A DNA stretch of 64,000 bases from Candidatus Eiseniibacteriota bacterium. GTDB lineage: Bacteria; Eisenbacteria; RBG-16-71-46; CAIMUX01; VGJL01. The stretch is from NCBI GenBank assembly GCA_041946735.1, contig JBHGAY010000005.1:1-64000 (forward strand), in the 5' to 3' direction. The notes under the pieces were generated by a model. The model was not told the DNA's origin. It was given only the letters and a program-made list of their open reading frames with translations, and did no database searches. Each line of letters starts with the position of its first letter. Positions within the stretch are counted from its first letter, which is position 1. This document shows positions 41,020-48,124 of this stretch, piece by piece. Both the position numbers and the translations under genes were made by a program.

Positions 41020-41423
41020 TTGCGGAAGACGGCGTGGCAGCCGGCGCAGGAGCTGACCGTCTCGCCGAGGAGCCGCCCGGCGCTCTCGCCGTTCTTCGCC
41101 GAGGCCGCGACGGCGAGCCGGCCGGCGCGGGCGCCGAGCGAATCGGCGTGGGCCTGGAAGTCCGCGATCTGATCGGTGCGCGTCGGCGGCGTCAGCGTGC
41201 GGACCATCTTCGCTTGCGCCGCGATCGACCTCGCGCTCGCCTCGGCCTTCGCCCAGTCGCTCGCGACGATCGATCCCATCGTGACGCGCAGGTCGCGGTT
41301 CAAGCCCTCCATCGCCTTCTCGAACGCGCTCTTGTTGTACGCCCCCTGGCCGGAAACGGCGCCGGCGGCGAGCACGACGGCGACCGCCACGGCGGCCGCG
41401 AGTAGGAAACGGAACTTCTTCAT
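41016..41423 (-). CDS. Periplasmic class II cytochrome c (c'/c556-like four-helix bundle)
   Basis: Signal peptide, helical body, C-terminal SCAGCHAVFRK. Confidence 0.85.
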   Translation of the reverse strand: MKKFRFLLAAAVAVAVVLAAGAVSGQGAYNKSAFEKAMEGLNRDLRVTMGSIVASDWAKAEASARSIAAQAKMVRTLTPPTRTDQIADFQAHADSLGARAGRLAVAASAKNGESAGRLLGETVSSCAGCHAVFRK

Positions 41424-41881
41424 CGCAGCACGACCTCTCCTTCCTCGTCCTTGAACCTATAGACGGCGATCAGGACCAGGAGGCACGAGAAGAGAATCCC
41501 GCTCACGAAACCTCCGCCCGCCGCAAAGGTGAGGAAGCGGAAGGTGGGGGAGACGTAGATGACGGCCCACCACGAGAGGACGTCGAGGATGCCCACGATC
41601 ACGGTCACGCCAAGGATCGTCCCGAACGCCTTGCCTCGTGCCGCGCCGAGGCGGCGGCCGAGGGTGTAGAGGACGAACCCCATCGTCGAGTAGCCGAAGA
41701 GGTGCACGTGCGTGATCACGAGCAGCCTGCCGATGTTGATGAAGGAGAAGTACTCCCCCACGCTCGGGTTGGCGATGCGCGTCTGGTAGAAGACCAGCGA
41801 GGTGCCTGCGACGGCGGCGAGACCGATCCCGAACAGGATCGGTATCGCCAGGAATCTCTCTCTCTGCGCGTTCCCTTGCAT
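41420..41881 (-). CDS. Four-TM inner-membrane protein with THVHLFG motif
   Basis: Four hydrophobic segments; HxH motif; its stop overlaps the cytochrome c' start (ATGA). Confidence 0.75.
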   Translation of the reverse strand: MQGNAQRERFLAIPILFGIGLAAVAGTSLVFYQTRIANPSVGEYFSFINIGRLLVITHVHLFGYSTMGFVLYTLGRRLGAARGKAFGTILGVTVIVGILDVLSWWAVIYVSPTFRFLTFAAGGGFVSGILFSCLLVLIAVYRFKDEEGEVVLR

Positions 41882-42023
41882 GCTTCCCCGCTCTCTCCTC
41901 GTGCTCCGCATGTCAGTCCTGAAAATCGCCACGATCCCCTCTTCGCCGGCCTGACGTCAACAGGATCGGTCGCCGCGGGTGTGGCTCTGATACGATCCAT
42001 CGTGCCTTTCCGGGGAGGGCGCA

Positions 42024-43118
42024 ATGCGGATCGCGATCATCAGTTCGTGGCCCAGGGACCCCGTGCGCGGGAGCGGGACCGGCCGCTACCTCATCGATCT
42101 GGAGGCGGCTCTCCGGCGCGCGGGCGCAACGGTCCTTGCCATCGGCGCCGATCTCGACCTGTCCGACTACGCCTCGTTCGTCGCCCGTCGAATGGAATGG
42201 AACGCCGCGCTTCCCGGCGACACGCGTGCGTGTTCGGCGGACATCCTTTTGGCGATCGACTTCGACGGCTTCGCCCTTCCGTCCGGCCGGGACGGGTTTC
42301 CTCCCAAAGTCGTCTCCCCGCAGGGACTGTTCGCGGAGATCGCTCCGACCGAGCCCGAGCCGTTCCGGTCTCTCCTTCTCGAGCAGGCGCGAGCCGAGAG
42401 GCGCAACGTGGCGGACGCCGCGCTCCTGATCGTCCCGAGCGCCTACGCGGCGGAGGCGGTGCAGCGCCACTACGAAGCGGGTGCGGAGCGGATCGAGATC
42501 ATCCCACACGGCTTCGATCTCGCGGAATGGCAGGAGCTGCTCCAGGGCGCTGATGCCCGTGCGCGGGACAAAGGCCCCACGATCCTCTCGGTCGCGCGCC
42601 TCTATCCGCGCAAGGGGATCGACACGCTTCTTCGCGCTTTCGCGGGCCTGCCGGCGCGGCATGCGGCGGCGCGGCTCCGAATCGTTGGAGACGGGATCGA
42701 GGCGCCACGGCTTCGCCGCCTCGCTGTCGATCTCGGACTCGAGGCGGGCGATCGCGTGCGCTTCGAGGGGGAGATCCCGACGCGGGCCGGTCTCGCCCAC
42801 CTGTTCCGCCAGGCCGATCTGTTCTGCCTGCCGTCGCTGCAGGAGAGCTTCGGGTTCGTGTTCCTCGAGGCGATGGCCGCGGGACTTCCCGTGGTGGCGG
42901 CCAGAGCCGGCGCTGCCGGGGAGGTGCTCGGCGAGGCGGGAACGCTGGTCGCGCCCGGTTCGGCCGAGGACCTGACGAGGGCGCTCGCGCGCCTGCTCGA
43001 CGACTCGGCGGAACGCACCCGGCTGGGCGAGCAGGGACGGCGGCGCGCGTCGCGCTTTCATTGGGAGGCCGCGGCGGCCGCCTACCTCGCCCGATTCGAG
43101 AGAGTCCTCGGCTCGTGA
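42024..43118 (+). CDS. Glycosyltransferase family 4 (GT-B)
   Basis: IVPSAYA, IIPHGFD, VARLYPRKG, PSLQESFGFVFLEAMAAGLPVV. Confidence 0.92.
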   Translation: MRIAIISSWPRDPVRGSGTGRYLIDLEAALRRAGATVLAIGADLDLSDYASFVARRMEWNAALPGDTRACSADILLAIDFDGFALPSGRDGFPPKVVSPQGLFAEIAPTEPEPFRSLLLEQARAERRNVADAALLIVPSAYAAEAVQRHYEAGAERIEIIPHGFDLAEWQELLQGADARARDKGPTILSVARLYPRKGIDTLLRAFAGLPARHAAARLRIVGDGIEAPRLRRLAVDLGLEAGDRVRFEGEIPTRAGLAHLFRQADLFCLPSLQESFGFVFLEAMAAGLPVVAARAGAAGEVLGEAGTLVAPGSAEDLTRALARLLDDSAERTRLGEQGRRRASRFHWEAAAAAYLARFERVLGS

Positions 43119-43143
43119 GGCGCACGCTCGATCGAGATCCCGC

Positions 43144-43188
43144 TTGACGATCCTCCCGCACTTTCCGTATTTTCCAAGAAATGCGCAA
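43144..43188 (+). promoter_or_regulatory. Putative promoter (TTGACG-N18-TATTTT) overlapped by an imperfect 12-2-12 inverted repeat, candidate ArsR operator
   Basis: TTCCGTATTTTC-CA-AGAAATGCGCAA at 43163-43188 (8/12 symmetric), AT-rich in a GC-rich genome, upstream of an ArsR-containing operon. Confidence 0.55.
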
Positions 43189-43210
43189 CACCAAGCGCTG
43201 GAGAGGCGAG

Positions 43211-43435
43211 ATGCTGACGTTCCTTCTGTTCCTCGTGGGGTACTTCGTCCTCACCTGGCTGGTCCTACCCCGTCTCGGAGTGCCGACCTGAGGCTCGCCT
43301 CTGGCCGGCCGCTCCGGTGGAGCGGCATGCAGCACCGAGAAGACCAGCCCCAAGGAGACGGCGGACCGGCCTGCGCTGCAGGTGCCGCCGGCCTCGAGCG
43401 CCGGCGACGCTGGGACGGCCGAAGGCCGGCGCTGA
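43211..43435 (+). CDS. Candidate small single-TM selenoprotein MLTFLLFLVGYFVLTWLVLPRLGVPT-U-GSPLAGRSGGAAC... (74 aa; 26 aa if UGA terminates)
   Basis: RBS GGAGAGG; TGA 43289-43291 followed by a GGU-loop hairpin; frame stays open to TGA 43433-35, 13 nt before the arsR start. Not in the ORF track. Confidence 0.65.
43308..43326 (+). promoter_or_regulatory. Candidate bacterial SECIS hairpin
   Basis: GCCGCTCC-GGT-GGAGCGGC perfect 8-bp stem; loop begins 25 nt after UGA. Confidence 0.6.
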
Positions 43436-43448
43436 AGGTCCAGCGGGG

Positions 43449-43793
43449 ATGAAGGCGGCGAAGGACTTCGCGGAGGCCGCCCGCCTGCTGAAGCTGCTCG
43501 GGCATCCGGCGCGGCTCAAGGTCGTGTGCGGGCTCCTCGGAGAGCCCGCGAGCCTATCGCGCATCTCGCGCGAGATCGGCGTGCCCGTCTCGACGCTGGC
43601 GCAGCATCTCTCGGTGCTGCGACGGGAGGGGATCCTGGAGGAGGAGAGGCGCGGGGTGGAGATCTTCTTCCGCGTGGCGGACCAGCGTGTGCCGGGGATT
43701 CTTCTGGCCCTCTGCGCTGCCGGTCCGTCCGGGCGGGGGCGCAGCCCAGGCGCTTCGCTCCCACGATGGAAGTGGCGCGAGCTGCACGGGTAG
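43449..43793 (+). CDS. ArsR/SmtB family regulator, two-Cys BigR/SqrR/YgaV-like
   Basis: LKLLGHPARLKVVC (helix 2 Cys), STLAQHLSVLR HTH, RRGVEIFFRV wing, ILLALC (helix 5 Cys). Confidence 0.85.
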   Translation: MKAAKDFAEAARLLKLLGHPARLKVVCGLLGEPASLSRISREIGVPVSTLAQHLSVLRREGILEEERRGVEIFFRVADQRVPGILLALCAAGPSGRGRSPGASLPRWKWRELHG

Positions 43794-43872
43794 GGAGCGA
43801 GGAAGGTCCTCCCGAGCGCGTGACGCCATCGCGCTCTTGGCCGCCAACTGCAAACATGAGGAGTCCGAGTCG

Positions 43873-44088
43873 ATGCCGTGGTACGAGTATGTCTGCCCGA
43901 GCTGCGGCGAGCGCTTCGATCTGATGCGCTCGATCGCCGATCGCGACAAGTCCGCTGCCTGTCCTGCCTGTGGAACGGAAGCGAAGCGGGCGCTGCCCCA
44001 CGTCCAGGCGGTCATCGCCGGGGGCGGAGCCGGCGCGCCGCCCAGCTGCGGAGCGAGTGGCGGTGGCTGAGGAGTGCCGCGCAGGTAG
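43873..44088 (+). CDS. FmdB family zinc-ribbon protein, possibly with near-terminal Sec (SCGASGGG-U-GVPRR); ends 44070 if UGA terminates
   Basis: MPWYEYVCPSCG...CPACG; Gly-rich tail with Cys; TGA 44068-70 followed by a hairpin; next in-frame stop TAG 44086-88. Confidence 0.8.
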
Positions 44089-44094
44089 CGGCGT
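44074..44094 (+). promoter_or_regulatory. Weak candidate SECIS hairpin after the FmdB UGA
   Basis: GCCGC-GCAGGTA-GCGGC stem-loop with GGU in the loop, extendable by two G-U pairs; spacing from UGA is short (GGU starts 14 nt downstream). Confidence 0.35.
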
Positions 44095-44182
44095 GACCGC
44101 TACGAAAGAAACCTGAAAGACGACGAAGGACCACCAGGCCGCCGGTCGGCGAAGGGCACCGAGGCCGCCGATCCACGCTCCG

Positions 44183-45307
44183 TCATGGCTCCACCTCGAT
44201 GAAACCCAACGGGAGGACGTGAGAGGCGACACGATCCTCTTCCCCCAGGTCCTCGAAGCTGGTCGGCCAAGGCACCCGCACTTCCGCCTGGACCAGGTAC
44301 TTCCCGGGCGTGCGGGGGATACGGCTCGCGAGGATCACACGCTCCGTGGCGAGCGCGCCGAGCGTCAGCAACGTATCGCGCGCCGCCTCTCCCTGTCCGT
44401 CGGCCTCGAGGAACCGGAGCAGCCACTGCACGTCCGACGACCGGTCGGTCGGATTGCGGATCGACCCCTCGAGAGTCACGCGCGTGTTGTTCTTCCAGCG
44501 CGGCGCCCCGTCGAGCGCGCCGGTCGTCACCGCCACGTTGCCGTGGATCTTCGGGCGGTTGACCATGTACGGGGTCGTGCGCTTCCAGACCACCGTCTCC
44601 TGTTGCGGCGGATCGGGCATCTCGAAGGAGCCGTTCGAGACGAGGATCGGGGAGCGGTTCACGCTCGGCCCGAAGAGCACGCCGAGATAGCCTCCCGGCT
44701 CGATTCCATGGACGAGAATCTCCTTCTCGCTCGATCGCGAGGTGTCCGCGCGCGTGCCCCACTCGTTCGGGTACGGCTTGCCGGTCGACGTGTTCAGCTC
44801 GAGACGCTGGATCTCCCAGGAGCTCCCTTCCGGTCCTTCGCATCGAAAGAGGACCGGCGCCCCGTCGGGGATCTGCAGGCCGTAGGTGCGCTGGTTGTTC
44901 CCTTCGTCCCGCTCCTCGATCTTGCCCTCCGGGTCGGCGATGACGTCGAGCGCATAGGAGCCGGGAGGGAGCGGCGGGATCGGTAGCATCAGCAGCCTCT
45001 CCCGGGAGCGCCGAGGAGGCGTGACGATCGTGTCGCGCTCGGCGATCGTCTCGGTCGCGCTGCGGATTCGCCAGGCGATGGGTGCCGAAGAGGGATCGCC
45101 GTCGACGAATAGGGTCAGCGCGACCCTTGACGCCGTGTCCCGATCGAACGCCCCGCCTGCCGGGTCATACCCCTTCGACAGCGAGAAATCGGGGAGATTG
45201 CCTCCAGCGGCAAGGGCGAGTGCGGTGGCGCCGGCAGCGGCGGCCAGACCAGCCAGGACCCCAGGGACGATCCCGGACCGCAACCATCTTTTCGATCCAT
45301 GCGTCAT
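44183..45307 (-). CDS. Secreted protein with CARDB-like Ig domain
   Basis: Signal peptide; PGSYALDVIADPEGKIEERDEGNN CARDB signature; further beta-rich domains. Confidence 0.75.
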   Translation of the reverse strand: MTHGSKRWLRSGIVPGVLAGLAAAAGATALALAAGGNLPDFSLSKGYDPAGGAFDRDTASRVALTLFVDGDPSSAPIAWRIRSATETIAERDTIVTPPRRSRERLLMLPIPPLPPGSYALDVIADPEGKIEERDEGNNQRTYGLQIPDGAPVLFRCEGPEGSSWEIQRLELNTSTGKPYPNEWGTRADTSRSSEKEILVHGIEPGGYLGVLFGPSVNRSPILVSNGSFEMPDPPQQETVVWKRTTPYMVNRPKIHGNVAVTTGALDGAPRWKNNTRVTLEGSIRNPTDRSSDVQWLLRFLEADGQGEAARDTLLTLGALATERVILASRIPRTPGKYLVQAEVRVPWPTSFEDLGEEDRVASHVLPLGFIEVEP

Positions 45308-45701
45308 GCTGCTGCATCTCCTCTCTTGGTCGACGCCCTCCGGCTCCCGGGCTGGGGGGACGCCGATCTAACACGAGGCGCGCCCAGGCGTTCCCACGGC
45401 GGCGAGCCGGTCGCCGCGGGTGGCGTCCGCGGGCCGGCGAACTGCGCGCGAGAACGGTCGCGTGCGGAGGATCCCGCAGCCGCGCCGCTGGAGCAAGGGC
45501 GGAGGTGCGAGGACGCAGGGGCCCGCGCCGGAGAAGCAACGACGCGCCGGCGACCCCTTCCGGTTTGACTGCCGCTGCCGGTATCCTGCTCGAGGCTTGT
45601 TGGGTCGGGCTGGCGTCGCGCCGCGCCGTGTCGTGAGCCGACCCCGGCCGCCTCGATGGCGGGCCGGGCCTGGGCGGGACGAGGACGGGGAGGAGGATGG
45701 G

Positions 45702-48005
45702 ATGGAAGCGTCGCGCAGGGAGCGGATCGAGTCGATTCTTCGCCGGGCAGCGGAGGCGGGACGGAGGCAACTCCTCGAGGGAGAGGTCTACGAGATCCTC
45801 CGCGAGGCGGGCATCGACACACCACGTTTCGCGGTCGTCTCGGTCGAGGCGGGGGAGGCGGAGCGGGCGGCGGCCGCCTCGGCGCTGCTCGGCTCGCCGG
45901 CGCCCGCGGGCGTCGTCGTCAAGATCCAGAGCCCCGACATCCTGCACAAGACAGAGACCGGCGGGATCGCCTTCGCGCCGCCCGAGGCCTCGGCGATCGA
46001 TCGCGCCTGCTCCGACGTCCTCGAGCGCGTACGCGCGCGGGCCCCGCAGGCGAAGCTCGACGGGCTGCTCCTCTGTGAGAAGATCGGCTACCAGCCCAAC
46101 CTTCCCGGGACGGAGATGCTGCTCTCGCTCCGCCAGGACCCTGCTCTCGGCCCGGTCGTCGTCCTGGGACTTGGGGGCCTGCTCACCGAGTGGTACGGCA
46201 AGCTCGCTCCTTCGCGCACTACCTGGATCGTCTCCGCTCACGACCCGCTCCTCGACCGGGCGGAGCCTCCCGACTTCGCCTCCCTGGGCCCCGCGTTCGC
46301 GCTCCTCTTCCGCGCCTCGCGGCTGCACGACCGGCCTCCCGTCGACGGGACGCTCTTCTGGGGAGCCATGCGCCGTTGGGCGGACCTTGCGCGCACCTTC
46401 GGAATCGACGGGAACGTGAGCCCCTTCGTCCTCGAGGAAGTCGAGGTGAATCCCCTTGCCGCTCTTCCGGGACGGCCACCCGTCGCGCTCGACGGCATCG
46501 CGCGCTGGGGGACCGAGAAGCCGCGGGTTCGGCGCCGCCGGATCGAGAAGATCGCGAACCTCCTCGCTCCCCGCTCCGTCGCCGTGATCGGCGCTTCGGC
46601 GCGCGCGATGAACGCCGGGCGGATCATCCTCCAGAATCTCCGGACGGCTGAGGGGGTCGCCTACGGCAAGATTTGGGGAGTCCATCCGAAGGAGAAGGAG
46701 ATCGACACGATCCCCTGCGTCCCGAACGTGGCAGCCCTTCCCGAGCGGGTCGACCTCGCGGTCGTCTGCGTGCCGGCCGAAGGGGCGCGCGACGCGATCG
46801 TCGACATCGTCGCGCACGAAAAGGCGCATGCGATCATCCTGATCCCCGGCGGATTCGCGGAGACCGGGCAGAAGCAGAGGGCCGAGGAGATCGTCGAGGC
46901 TCTCGAACGGGGGCGTGAGCTCGAGGACGGGGGGCCGATCCTCGTCGGAGGCAACTGCCTCGGAATCGTCTCGAAGAGGCAGTACAACACCTTCTTCCTG
47001 CCTCAGTACAAGCTGCCGTTCCATGCTGCGCCGGGAGACAACCTCGCCGCGATCAGCCAAAGCGGCGCGTACCTCGTGACGCTGACGAGCAACTTGGACG
47101 GCCTCATCTTCCCGAAGGCGTCGATCTCCTACGGCAACCAGATGGACGTCACCGTCTCGGACCTCCTCGAGCACTATCTCGGAGACCCGGGTGTGCAGGT
47201 GCTCGCCTGCTATCTCGAGGGGTTCCAGCCGCTGGACGGCCTGCGGTTCGTCGACCTCGTTCGCAAGCACCGCGAGGCGGGGCGCACGGTGATCGCGTTC
47301 AAGGCGGGAAAGACCGCGCTCGGCGCCAAAGCGGCCGCGAGCCATACCGCCTCTCTCGCGGGCGACTACGAAGTCACGCGCTCGCTGCTCTCCCAGGCGG
47401 GGGCGGTCGTGGCGGAGACGCTGAATCAGTTCGAGGACTTCACCAAGGCGTTCACCATGCTCTACGACCGGACGCCGGCCGGACGCCGCCTCGGACTGAT
47501 CTCGAATGCCGGCTTCGAGTGCTCGACGGCGATGGACGCCCTGTATGCCCTCGATCTCGCTTCGTTCTCGGAGGAGACGCGCGCCAAGCTTGCCGCGTGC
47601 CTCCCCGACATCGCGCATGCGAACAATCCGGTCGATGCGACCCCGATGGCGACGACCAAGCAGTTCGTCCAGGCGGTGGAGGCGATCCTCGAAGATCCGG
47701 GGGTGGACGCGCTCGTCGTCTCCGCGGTTCCGGTGACCCCTGCGCTGAACGATCTGCCTCCCGATCCGGCCGGGACGCACGGCGAGAACATCTATTCGCT
47801 CAGCTCGCTGCCGCAGGAGCTGATCCGCGTCTTCCGCGCGACCTCGAAGCCGGTCGTCGTCGCGGTCGACTCGGGCCGGATCTACGACGACTGCGTCGTG
47901 CTGATGCAGCGCGCCGGGATCCCCGTCTATCGCAAGATCGACCGGGCTACCCGGGCCCTCTCCTGCTACTGTGCGGGGCGGCCGCGATCGCCGTCCGCGA
48001 GCTGA
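45702..48005 (+). CDS. ADP-forming acetate/acyl-CoA ligase family, ATP-grasp domain first (beta-alpha fusion)
   Basis: VVKIQSPDILHKTETGGI and EVEVNPL (ATP-grasp), then PRSVAVIGAS, GGNCLG, ISQSG, YLEG, ASHTASLAG (phospho-His), NNPVD. Confidence 0.88.
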   Translation: MEASRRERIESILRRAAEAGRRQLLEGEVYEILREAGIDTPRFAVVSVEAGEAERAAAASALLGSPAPAGVVVKIQSPDILHKTETGGIAFAPPEASAIDRACSDVLERVRARAPQAKLDGLLLCEKIGYQPNLPGTEMLLSLRQDPALGPVVVLGLGGLLTEWYGKLAPSRTTWIVSAHDPLLDRAEPPDFASLGPAFALLFRASRLHDRPPVDGTLFWGAMRRWADLARTFGIDGNVSPFVLEEVEVNPLAALPGRPPVALDGIARWGTEKPRVRRRRIEKIANLLAPRSVAVIGASARAMNAGRIILQNLRTAEGVAYGKIWGVHPKEKEIDTIPCVPNVAALPERVDLAVVCVPAEGARDAIVDIVAHEKAHAIILIPGGFAETGQKQRAEEIVEALERGRELEDGGPILVGGNCLGIVSKRQYNTFFLPQYKLPFHAAPGDNLAAISQSGAYLVTLTSNLDGLIFPKASISYGNQMDVTVSDLLEHYLGDPGVQVLACYLEGFQPLDGLRFVDLVRKHREAGRTVIAFKAGKTALGAKAAASHTASLAGDYEVTRSLLSQAGAVVAETLNQFEDFTKAFTMLYDRTPAGRRLGLISNAGFECSTAMDALYALDLASFSEETRAKLAACLPDIAHANNPVDATPMATTKQFVQAVEAILEDPGVDALVVSAVPVTPALNDLPPDPAGTHGENIYSLSSLPQELIRVFRATSKPVVVAVDSGRIYDDCVVLMQRAGIPVYRKIDRATRALSCYCAGRPRSPSAS

Positions 48006-48124
48006 GGCGCGATCGGGCCGCTGCGCCCGCGCAACGGGTCCGGGTAAGCTCTCCGGGACGGGGCGGCCGGAAGCTCAAGCGCCGGCCGCAGCCGGGGAAG
48101 ACGCGGAAGGAGGTCGGTCCCGCC

